Source: Piromyces finnis finn (lineage: Eukaryota; Fungi; Neocallimastigomycota). Taken from it: a stretch of 64,000 nt of DNA. A program made the translations under genes and the position numbers. The notes under the pieces were generated by a model. That model ran no database searches, had not been told where the DNA came from, and worked only from the letters and a program-made list of their open reading frames with translations. Shown one piece after another: positions 10,949-21,873 of the stretch. Position 1 is the first letter of the stretch, and each line of letters opens with the position of its first letter. Location: positions 248,001 to 312,000 of the forward strand of contig MCFH01000047.1 of the NCBI GenBank assembly GCA_002104945.1. Reading direction: 5' to 3'.

Positions 10949-11241
10949 GCTCAGTACCATGAGCTTAGTCCTAATAATTTTCCCTTGAAGACTAACCAAG
11001 CATCCATTGCGCAATGCTTGGATTTAATTCTTTCTACTCTCTCAGTACCATGAGCATGAGTAGACCCCCTTGAGAAATTACATTTATTAAATAAATGAAG
11101 GCACATTCCTAAGAGGGCACCAAGCATCCATTGCGCAATACTTGGATTTAATTCTTTCTACTCTCTCAGTACCATGAGCATGAGTAGACCCCCTTGAGAA
11201 ACTACATTTATTAAATAAATGAAGGCACGTTCCCAAGAGGG
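10949..11241. repeat. 5'-terminal tandem monomers of LINE copy 2 (91-bp unit, 124-bp unit, truncated unit)
   Basis: TCAGTACCATGAGC at 10951, 11042 and 11166. The last unit stops at AAGAGGG (11241). Confidence 0.92.
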
Positions 11242-11251
11242 ATCATGAGCA
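11242..11251. repeat. Right target-site duplication ATCATGAGCA of LINE copy 2
   Basis: Identical to 5524-5533, and followed by TGAG, the expected continuation of the copy-1 monomer. Confidence 0.8.
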
Positions 11252-11255
11252 TGAG

Positions 11256-11322
11256 CTCTCTAAATATATCATTAATAAAGAGATTAAAGAGAATAATTAT
11301 AGTGGACTTCCAATGGGACACC
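11256..11322. other. Junction filler made of short LINE-internal fragments
   Basis: 11261-11295 matches 7496-7530 (RT region) exactly over 35 bp. 11305-11322 matches 5775-5792 (3' UTR) exactly over 18 bp. Confidence 0.85.
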
Positions 11323-12011
11323 ATAGCATTAAATAAACCAATCTTTCCTCCCATACAAAATGACATCTTTTACCTAGTGATTTTAATTTAAAATAACAAA
11401 ATAAAAATTTTCATCTCTTTCCCACTCATTACCCATCAAACACTCTTCCCCCCTTCTCATTCACGCCCAATTTTTTTTTTTTTTTTTTTTTTTTATTTTA
11501 AAAATTTATTTTTTATTGTAATTTATGAGATTCGTTTATTTATTTTTAAATTTATTTTCTTTTTTTATACTATATATAAATTTTAATTGTTTATATAAAA
11601 TGTTTCGATATTAACGATAATTATAAATATTTTTTTTTTCATTTTAATTTCTGTTTTTTTTTTTCTATTCCTTTCTCTTTTTTTTCTTTCTACCTCTTTT
11701 TTAACCACTACAAAGGTCATCTACTACCTTATCTCTAAAAAGTAATAGAACCTTTGACCGCCGGTTATTTTATATAACTTTATAGGTTAAAAAAAAAAAA
11801 AAAGTAAATAAAAAAAATTCTTTTAAAGGTATATATATAAATACTTAAAATTAAATTAAAAAAAAAGAAGTCAGTCTATTTATAATAAAAGGATGTGTGT
11901 GTGTGTGTGTGTTTGGTTATGTGTGTCTTTTTTTTTTTTTTTTGATATATATAAAAAATATTTAAATTATTGGAATACTTAAAGGTATTTTAGATTTTGG
12001 AATTACACATC

Positions 12012-15000
12012 TTAAACTTCATTGTTTTCTTTTCTTTGTCTTTCAACACCAATCATAGCCATTTTCCAGGCTTGTTTAGCATTGAATGCATTTGGTGCTG
12101 GGGCAGTCATAGCTCTACCACTTTCAGCAAATGACTTTGGAGCGGTATGCATATCGTCAGAAATGGTAGTTTGAACACGTGGAGAAATAGTACCACTCAT
12201 AGCTCTACCAGAACGTCCTCCGTGAATGAAATTGAATAAGAGACCTTCCTTACTACCGAGAGCAGAAAGAGTTTGGTCCCATTTGATTTGAGCATTAATA
12301 TGTCTTTCAGTAGAATCAAGAGTGTTATTACGCTTTTCTGGGCTAATGAAATCTGGAATTGGCTTGCTAAAGTCAACTGGTTCACTTTCAACTGGGTTCT
12401 TTGGTAAACAAGCAGCAAAAGTACTGTCTGGAATTAAACGAATAACCATACCAAGTGGTAAAGAGAAGAAACCAAGAAGAATACAAATGGCCCATTGTCC
12501 TAAGTTTAATGGAGTGGTCTTGAAAGCACTACCACCAAAGAATACAATAATGACTTGAGCAGCAGCAATAAAGATGAAGATACTAATGAAGTAGGCGTTC
12601 TTAAGAATACCAGTGAAAACGTTTAAGCGGTTATCAATTCTACGACAGTTAATTTCATTGAAGATTTGAAGGAAGACAAAAGTGTTGAATACCATAGTCT
12701 TTAAGATAGTCTTTTGGTCTTCGAATTCACCTTGGAGATTATTTTGTGGACCCTTGTTTAAGACACCACCGTTATCCTTTAATACACCAAACCAGTTAGA
12801 GAAGATGTATGGACCAGCGAATAAGAGAGCAAAGTTGACAATAATTTGGAAAAGAGCTTCACCAATAATCATCTTCCACATACTGTGAGTAATTAATGGA
12901 GATCTCTTATTTTGTGGTGGTCTTAATAACATATCTTGAGTTGGCTTTTCAGTGGCAAGAGCTAAAGCAGCGAGAGTATCCATAATTAAGTTAACCCAAA
13001 GTAATTGGACAGCAGTTAAAGCTGAACCATTATCACCATCAAAGATAGCAGAAATAAAGGTAACAACAACAGCAGTAATATTAACAGTCAATTGGAATTG
13101 AAGGAACTTCTTAACAGAATCATTGACACTACGACCCCATAATAAAGCCTTAACAATACTAGAGAAGTTATCATCCATTAAAATAATAGAGGAAGCTTCC
13201 TTGGCAACTTCAGTACCAGCAATACCCATAGAGAAACCGACATCAGCCATCTTTAAAGCTGGACCATCGTTAGTACCATCACCAGTAACAGCTACAGTTT
13301 CACCTAAATACTTTAATCTACCAACTAAAATTTGCTTATCAGTTGGAGAGGAACGAGCTAAAACTTGAAGACGTGGAAGAATTTCATCCATTTGTTCTTC
13401 GGTTAAAGTTCTGAATCTTGGACCTTCCATGACAATACCACCTTGAGTGTAAATACCACACTTAGCAGCAATAGCACGAGCAGTGTTAATGTTATCACCA
13501 GTAACCATACGAACAACAACACCAGCGTTTCTACAAGTAGCAACAGCTTCTGGGACACCTGGACGAACTGGATCTTCAATACCTACAAGACTCATGAAGG
13601 TAAGATCTCTGTTACCAATTTCAGTAAGAGCAGCGTTGTGAGATAAGATTTCTTCATCGGTTGGTTCTGGGATTTCTGGTAAGTCTTCGATAACTTGTTC
13701 ATCAGTAATTTCCTTCATAATTTCAGCAAGATTGTCTTCTTCAATTGCAACACCCTTTTCTAAAGCCTTTCTTTCAGCCATTTCACGCTTAAGTTTTTCA
13801 ATTTCTTCCTTACGAATAGCTTCCATAACCTTTTCCTTAACTTCACCATGGAGGTAAGCTTCGAATTCTTCTTCTTCGAAATCACGGTAAGCTAAACTGA
13901 AAGTACGTAAAGATTCATTGGCAAAACGTTCGATAACATTGTTGTTGTAGTCTTCGGCGAGGTTCTTAGAAAGTGGAACAATAGTTGGTAATTCTGGAGC
14001 CTTAGTCTTTCCAGCGAATTTGAAACCACCTTCTGGTAATAATAAAGCCTTAGTACTGTAACGTAAAACGATTTCAGAAGCACCCTTAACATGCATACGG
14101 TAGAAACTACCAGAACCAGTTCCCTTAGCAGCACGATCAACCTTAATGAGAGTAGCCATACTTTTCTTAGCAGAAGAGAATGGGTAAATTTGAACGACCT
14201 TGTAGCATGGATTTTCTCTGTAAGTTCTGTAGTCAATACCCATAGCCTTTGTCATACCTAATAAAGCGGTTTCACTCTTAGAACCAATAAAGTCAATCTT
14301 ACCATCATCAGTTTCACCTTCGAAAGCAGTAGAATTAATAGAAATACCTTCAATTAAGACATCTAATAATTCAGCACCATCCTTAATTTCCTTGTTAGCT
14401 GGATCAGTCTTTCCAGTGATATTCTTTAAGTCATCAGCCAATTTTTTAATTTGTTCTGGACCTTCGAAACCAAAGTATCTACCAGCAACACCCTTAACGA
14501 CAGTCATCTTGTTTTGAGTTAAAGTACCAGTCTTATCGGAACAGACAGTAGTAGCACCACCCATAGTTTCACAAGCGTTTAAGACACGAACGAGGTTATT
14601 ATCCTTAAGCATACGAGTAGTAGCGAAAGCAAGAGCTAAAGTAACAGCGAGTGGTAAACCTTCTGGGACAGCGACGACGACAACGGTAATAGCAGAAATG
14701 AAAATCTTGACGATTTCAGATAAAACAGCAGCGAAACTCTTATCTTCAACCTTACCAGTACAGATTTGAATGATATACTTAATAATTAAAATACAGAACA
14801 TAAGAACAGCAGCAGCAGTACCAATAACAGCAATCTTTTCAGCTAAAGCGTTTAATTTAACTTGAAGTGGAGTGTCTTCATCTTCAGTACGTAAACTCAT
14901 CATAGTCTTACCGTGGAATGAGTTAGTACCGACGGCAGTAACAAGGAATGAACCAACACCTTCAGTAACCTTACTACCACTAAGAATGAATTGATCCTTA

Positions 15001-15680
15001 TCTTGAGCCTTTTCAATAGTATCACTTTCACCGGTAGCAGCAGATTCATCACACTTTAAATTGTGACCTTGAATGAAAATACCATCAGCACAAAGCATAT
15101 CTCCTGGTTCTAATAATAAAACATCACCAACTTGGACATCGAAAACAGAAATCATAACACTTTCACCACCACGAAGGGCCTTAACCTTACGGTCATCCTT
15201 CTTAGCGTTTAAAGCACGGAATTGTTTTTCTTTTTGGTAATCGTTAACACTACCGGCAGTAATAACAATGAAAACAGAAATAAGAATGGCAACACCTTCA
15301 ATCCAGTGAACCTTTGGTTCGTCACTTTCTTCACTACCTGGACCGAAATCTTCATATAAACCAATACTTAAAGAAACAATGGCAGCAATAGATAAAATAA
15401 TCATAATTCTATCATGAAGAGCAATCCACATTAATTCAAGTAAACTCTTTGATTTAGTTTCTGGTAAAACATTTCTACCAAAAACAGCTTCACGTTCAGC
15501 AAATTGATTTGGTTCATCTGCCTTTACTTGTGGTAAACCTTTATTAACATCAACTTTTAAAGCTTCAGCTATTCCTTTTAAACCACCATATTTTTCTAAT
15601 AATTCTGGATTTTTTGGATCAACAAGTTCAGACAATTGTTGTGCGGTGAACTTGTATGGATTATTTGTATTATCACCCAT
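12012..15680 (-). CDS. PMC1: P-type IIB (PMCA/PMC1-like) Ca2+-transporting ATPase, single exon
   Basis: 1222-aa ORF with TGES, VPEGLPLA, CSDKTGTLT, KGASE, MVTGDN, GDGTNDGPALK and LWVNLIMD motifs. Confidence 0.95.
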   Translation of the reverse strand: MGDNTNNPYKFTAQQLSELVDPKNPELLEKYGGLKGIAEALKVDVNKGLPQVKADEPNQFAEREAVFGRNVLPETKSKSLLELMWIALHDRIMIILSIAAIVSLSIGLYEDFGPGSEESDEPKVHWIEGVAILISVFIVITAGSVNDYQKEKQFRALNAKKDDRKVKALRGGESVMISVFDVQVGDVLLLEPGDMLCADGIFIQGHNLKCDESAATGESDTIEKAQDKDQFILSGSKVTEGVGSFLVTAVGTNSFHGKTMMSLRTEDEDTPLQVKLNALAEKIAVIGTAAAVLMFCILIIKYIIQICTGKVEDKSFAAVLSEIVKIFISAITVVVVAVPEGLPLAVTLALAFATTRMLKDNNLVRVLNACETMGGATTVCSDKTGTLTQNKMTVVKGVAGRYFGFEGPEQIKKLADDLKNITGKTDPANKEIKDGAELLDVLIEGISINSTAFEGETDDGKIDFIGSKSETALLGMTKAMGIDYRTYRENPCYKVVQIYPFSSAKKSMATLIKVDRAAKGTGSGSFYRMHVKGASEIVLRYSTKALLLPEGGFKFAGKTKAPELPTIVPLSKNLAEDYNNNVIERFANESLRTFSLAYRDFEEEEFEAYLHGEVKEKVMEAIRKEEIEKLKREMAERKALEKGVAIEEDNLAEIMKEITDEQVIEDLPEIPEPTDEEILSHNAALTEIGNRDLTFMSLVGIEDPVRPGVPEAVATCRNAGVVVRMVTGDNINTARAIAAKCGIYTQGGIVMEGPRFRTLTEEQMDEILPRLQVLARSSPTDKQILVGRLKYLGETVAVTGDGTNDGPALKMADVGFSMGIAGTEVAKEASSIILMDDNFSSIVKALLWGRSVNDSVKKFLQFQLTVNITAVVVTFISAIFDGDNGSALTAVQLLWVNLIMDTLAALALATEKPTQDMLLRPPQNKRSPLITHSMWKMIIGEALFQIIVNFALLFAGPYIFSNWFGVLKDNGGVLNKGPQNNLQGEFEDQKTILKTMVFNTFVFLQIFNEINCRRIDNRLNVFTGILKNAYFISIFIFIAAAQVIIVFFGGSAFKTTPLNLGQWAICILLGFFSLPLGMVIRLIPDSTFAACLPKNPVESEPVDFSKPIPDFISPEKRNNTLDSTERHINAQIKWDQTLSALGSKEGLLFNFIHGGRSGRAMSGTISPRVQTTISDDMHTAPKSFAESGRAMTAPAPNAFNAKQAWKMAMIGVERQRKENNEV

Positions 15681-17303
15681 TTATAATTTTATTTCTTAAA
15701 AAAAAAACTATTGTATTGTATCTAATTATTAATATTTAATATATTTATATATAAAAAATAATAATGATTAGTTTTTATTTTTTTATCCATTTTTTTTCTC
15801 TTTAATAAATTAACATATATTTTGATTTGAATTTCAAAATTTCAAAATCTCTTTTTCTTTTTTTTTTTTTTTTTTTTAATATTATTCTAAATTTCAAAAA
15901 AAAAAAAAGTATACATTTCTCTCTATAGTATTGTATTATTTTCCTTTTTTTTATTTGTTTATTATTTTTTATTTTCACATTCTATATTTTTCCCTTTTCA
16001 TAACAAAATATTATTTATTTTTGTTTTTACATTTTTTAAATATATAAAAAGAGGCTTACTTTAAATAACTATAATATTTATATGATATTGATATATACTT
16101 CTTAAATAAAACAAAATTGTTTTTTTACTATTAATTTATTTCTATCTTTTCTATTTTTTTTAAAAAAAATTTTAATTTAATTTTTATTTTTTTTTATTTT
16201 TTTTTTAAAATCTATGTTTTTTTTTTTATTTTTTTTTAATAAGCAAAAAAAAATTAAAGAAAATTGATGGTATTTTATATTAAATTTTTTTTAAAGTTCT
16301 CTCATTGGAAATGGTTGAATTAAATAATAAAAAAATTTTTTATTACAAATAATTAAAAAAAAGGTGTCATCAATTAAAAAAAAAAATGAAATTAAAATGT
16401 AAAACTTTTTTCAAATTTTATTTATTAATAAATTATTAAACAAATAAATAAATAAATAATAGAAAATTAATAATAAATAATAACTATTATGAATAATAAG
16501 CAATAAATAATAAATACTATTTAGTGTTTAGAATTACTAGGTAGCCCTAAGGTTGTTAATATTCCTAAATTGATTTTACTTCTATCTATTACTATAATAT
16601 GTACTATGTTTTAATAATAATTAGTATTTATTTTATAATTAAATATTTATTTATTATTAAATATTACAATAAATTTTTGACTTTTTCTCTCATATAAACT
16701 TTAATAAATAATAAATTTAAATGATTTATATAAATTAAATTCATTACATTTATTATCAATATTATATTAAATATATGATAATTAATATAAAATGTAATAA
16801 ATATATTTAATATCATTACAATGATCCATATATTATATTATTATAAAACAAATTTTAAATTAATAATAAATGAATTAAATAAATTGATAAATATATTTAG
16901 TTTATTAATAATATATGGAATTGATTCATAATATAAAATAATATTATATTAAATAAATAATCTAATATATTCTTTATTAATGGTAGCAATTCATTTTTTC
17001 ATTAACTATTGTCATCTTATCAATAGAAAAACTTTATTGAATAAAAAAAAAAAAAAAAAGTTAGGCAGCAAATCAAGCAATTAACAAAATAACCAGGCAG
17101 TATCTGGTGGTTTAAAAATCATTTTAATTTTGGTAAATTCTATCGATCATTTCATTTATAGAATAAAAAGACAATTAATAATAATAAAAAATGAGATAGT
17201 AACATAATAATAATAGTAACATAATAATAATATCGAATATTAATAATAATAAAAATTTTTAACAATAGTGTAGGTACATTAATAATAAAGATGAGTCTTT
17301 TAA

Positions 17304-17407
<104 letters not shown>

Positions 17408-19253
17408 GAAATGAAATTAAAAAGAATTCTATTTTTAACCTTGAATTATGGGTTTTTATAAAGTTGGGTTAAAATTCATTAAAATAGCTAATAAATTATA
17501 AAAGATATGTATTAAGAGGTGGCATTTATTATTCACCTAAAAATAGAGCCTGTAATGACTAATTTATATAATATTAAAGCATTTGGTATTTTAAGAATTT
17601 ATATTAATAAATCCAGTATGAATACCTTTTTCTTAATTATTATCCTTGAGAAATATCTTTACTTTATCATTTGAATGAATAAAAAGGCTTTTTTTTTTAA
17701 TAATAGTAATAATAAATAATAATAAAAAAGCTTGTTTTTTTTGATATTTTTAGTATCTTCTCTATACTTTTTTTAATTATTTTAAAAATGCCACTTTTAT
17801 TAATAAAAATTATTAAAATTCTTATTGGGCAAAAAAAAAAAAACTATTAAAATCAACAAATTTAATTAACAATAACTATCATTCATGCAAACAAATTGAT
17901 CATCTACAAATCTTATCTATAATTAAACTCTATATTTAGGCGAATTTACAAAGTATAACTACATTCTTTTATGAAGTAGAGGTTGATACCTTTTTTTTTT
18001 TTTTTATAATAATTAAAATTAAACTATGAACTTTAAAGTTGACCTTTGTTATTAAATAGACTTTTTTTTTAAAAAAAAATTTATATCTTAATTTAATTTA
18101 AAAGGTAAGACATTTTCATTTCAAAAGTTAATGTTTTAAAAAGAATAGTTACAATACATTTATAATTATTAATACATGGAAAAAATAATTAAAATTATAA
18201 AAAAAAGGCATCTTTTTACATAAATTTTATAATTAAATCTTATAATTAAATCATACCATTTTCTTTTTTTTTTTTTTTTTTTTTTTTTAAATGATAATGA
18301 ATTTAATATACATACATCTGTGTAGACTATCAATAGAGTAAAATCTCTAATATAAAATATAAAAAGTAAACAATAACAAAATAAATAAATTTATAAATAG
18401 ATATGCATAAAAATGTACATAAATTTTATTTTAATATATATATATATATATATATTTTAATTCATGAATCTATAAATTTTATAGTATTAGTAAAGATAAA
18501 GGAGTAAAGAATATAAAGAAGCTACTAACATGAAAAAGAAAATATCCCTTTACTTTTTTTTTTCATTATAAAAAAAGACCTTTTTTTTCAAGTTTCTATT
18601 CTCTTTTTTTTTATTATAATTAAAAATTTTTTAAATTATACAAGCTTTTTTTTAATACTAAATTTAGAATAATTAAAAAAAAGCTTATTTAATAATAAAA
18701 TTTAAGGATTCAAGATAAAAAAAAAATAATTTTTATTATTGATTTTGATAGTGTGCCTTTATTGATGTCACAGTAAGTCTCTGAAAAGGTTTTCAATTTT
18801 TATTGATATTTTAGTGGGTATGTTTTTACGTATACTATTTATTATTTTATGAGTATATATATAATATATATATATAAATATCAATATACAGAATATAAAT
18901 TTTTAATTTTCTTGTGAAAGATTTTATGCCAATAACAAATTCAATTATAATTATAGGTTGTTATTGTTGGTGATGGTGGTGCTACTTCCATCCTAACTAC
19001 AATTTAAATATTATTATAAATATAATTTATTAATATTACTTTTTTTTTTTTGTAGTGAATCAAATGTCAAATAGCATCTTTAAACTTTTTATTATGAAGC
19101 TTAATTATTTTCTATTATTATAAAGATGTTTAACACGTTTAAGCTTTCTTTTTTACCAATAATCTTTTTTTATTGTGATAGAGTTTTTTTTTTTCATTAA
19201 TAAAAAATAATCAAAGATTAAGCAAAGTCACTACTGATAAGTTTTCAATTTAC

Positions 19254-19466
<213 letters not shown>

Positions 19467-20140
19467 AAATTTTATTAAGATTATTAAGATGATCAGAGAT
19501 TATTATTTTTTTTTTTTTTTGTTATTTTTATCCAATTTAGGATGGAAAAATGATTTTTTTTTGTACTTAAAAATTCATCAATTTTCACCACGCAAAAAAT
19601 AAAAATTTGCCTGATCTTTCTGGTAAGTTTAATGGAAATGCCAAGTAATTTCACTTTCCTTATTTGAGTGAGATAATTAATTAAATAAATAATTATAGTA
19701 AATTAAACCAATAAAAATTAATTAAAATAAATAAAATTAGAAATAAAATTAGAATATTTATATTACATATATTATGAATAGTATTATTAATTTATTATGA
19801 GAAAACAATTTAAAACATTTAATTTATTAATTATATTACTATTTCAATTATCTCATATATTATTACATATATTCATGTTTTATCCTAGATATATTATGAT
19901 AAACTTTTTAATGCATTTTAAATATTTATAATGTTCAGCCTTATTCATTTGAAAATAATAAACTTTACACAAGCCTTATTTATTTTCTTAATTAATAGGA
20001 GTGGCTAAAGAAATATAATAAATCAACAGCTTATTGGATAAAAATGTATGTAATTTATTTTTTTTACCTAATACAGTAAATTACAAAGTAAAAAGAAGTT
20101 ACTTTAAAAAATAAGCTGATTTAGAGTAACACTTGTAAAT

Positions 20141-20318
20141 AAATGAATGAATATTTAATTCATAAATAAATATTAATAGTAAAAGTAAATGAATAAATGT
20201 TTTAATCTATAAATAAATTCAAGTAAAAAAGTAAATGAATGGATATTTTAATCTATAAATAAATCTTAATAGCAAATATAAATGAATGGATACTTTAATC
20301 TATAAATAAATCTTAATA
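20141..20318. repeat. Degenerate minisatellite, 4 units of about 46 bp
   Basis: AAATGAAT...TTTAATCTATAAATAAA-like units start at about 20141, 20187, 20233 and 20280. Confidence 0.8.
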
Positions 20319-21826
20319 TTTTAAATGTTTAATATATTGGCTTTGATAATAATAGGCAGAAGTTAAATAAAAGTTATGGTAAAAAAAAAAGTGTCATGAA
20401 TTCAATAAATGTAATTTAAGATGAAATTAATTAGGATCATATTTCATTAAAAGTATTTTTATTTATAAGAGAAGAAAAGCCTTGTAAATAACAGCTTAGT
20501 CGAATGAATATTCTAACCTTTTGAAAAATTTAAAATGAAGGGTAAAGTAGCAAACTTTAATTATTAATAAATCTTAATAATAATTTTGATGGTGGTGCTA
20601 AGTATTCATAAAAGAAAAGAAGTCAAAGTTTTTTTTTATTTTTATTAAAAGTTATATTTAAAAAAAAAACAATAATAGGCTTTTTATTACCTACAATATA
20701 TTGTTGTGCTTATTTTTTGTTTTATTATAATTAGTTAAAACATTTATGTAAAATCTTGCAATTTCTTAATATTAAATTTATACTTTAATAATCCAATTTT
20801 TATTCCCTTTTCTTTTGAAATATTATATAAAATAATAAGATGGGGTGAAAAACTAGAAAAAGAAAAAAGAAAAAGATTAAATAAAGTACAATCTAAATAA
20901 AAAAAGAAATTATATAATAGGAAACTAAAATTTTTATATATCTTTTGACATAAATATGTAATAATCATTCATTATGTATATTTATAAAAAATGTTTTTTA
21001 TTTTTGATATTATAGTTAAGGAATAGTTTAAATTTTATACACATATTGCATATTATAAAGAAAATATATCAGGAATATGGTGTAAGGAGAAAAAAACATT
21101 ATTTAATTATATACATTTTATTCTTTGTCTTTGTTTCAATGAATTACTTTTTTTTAATAGACATATAAGAAAATAAAAAATTTTAATAAAATATTTTCTT
21201 TTTATTGTGTTTGTTTATTTAGTTTGATTTGGCCTGGATAAATATTAATTTTTATCATAATTTATACCAGATGCCAGAGATTTTTAAAAAGTTGGCTGGA
21301 AATTCAGGAATACTAAAAAATAGTAATATATTTTTTTAAAATATAATGTATATCATATATAGTGTTTTGTTTGCTGGTTGAAACAATAATGATATTATTA
21401 AAATATTAATCATTATTATAATTAACTTTTTAAATACATTATTCATTATTATTTTATTATCATTTATCTTAAATATTTATTGCTTATTTTAATGAGGATA
21501 AACAAGTTATTAGGCTATTAATATTAAATATAAATTATTGCTATATAAAGAGGAAGGAAGGAATATAGGGCAGTAACTTTAATGACTGTAATCACTATTT
21601 CATAATAGAAATGATATCCTGATTTGAGAAATTCAGTCTATCGTTAAAAGTATTAGAAGTAGAAAATCATTAAACTATGTAAAAGAGAATAGACAATATA
21701 CTTCGATTTAATATACATAAAGACTTTCATTATTATTATCTTTTTGTATGTATATAAATACACAAGTATGATTATATTTAATCATAATCATAATATCATA
21801 ATCATAACAACAACAACAACAACAAC

Positions 21827-21873
<47 letters not shown>

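Larger units (their letters stand above)
5534..11241 (-). mobile_element. Non-LTR retrotransposon (LINE, APE-type) copy 2, essentially full length with intact ORF and poly(A) tail
   Basis: It has a 1511-aa ORF, a 3' UTR with AATAAA, an A37 tail on the minus strand, an about 0.9-kb 5' UTR with monomers, and a flanking 10-11 bp direct repeat. Confidence 0.97.

Noticed and set aside
10753-10962. 69-aa antisense ORF in the LINE 5' UTR (ORF0-like)
   Set aside because: The equivalent region in copy 1 is frameshifted (A7 versus A6 run near 5055-5061), and there is no recognisable domain.
12197-14236. Alternate-frame and antisense ORFs within PMC1
   Set aside because: Expected by-products of a long, GC-richer coding sequence with biased codons.
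18955-19000. VVIVGDGGATS, resembling a small-GTPase P-loop or a retroviral protease DSGA motif
   Set aside because: It lacks GK(S/T), has a stop soon after, and no further exons could be joined.
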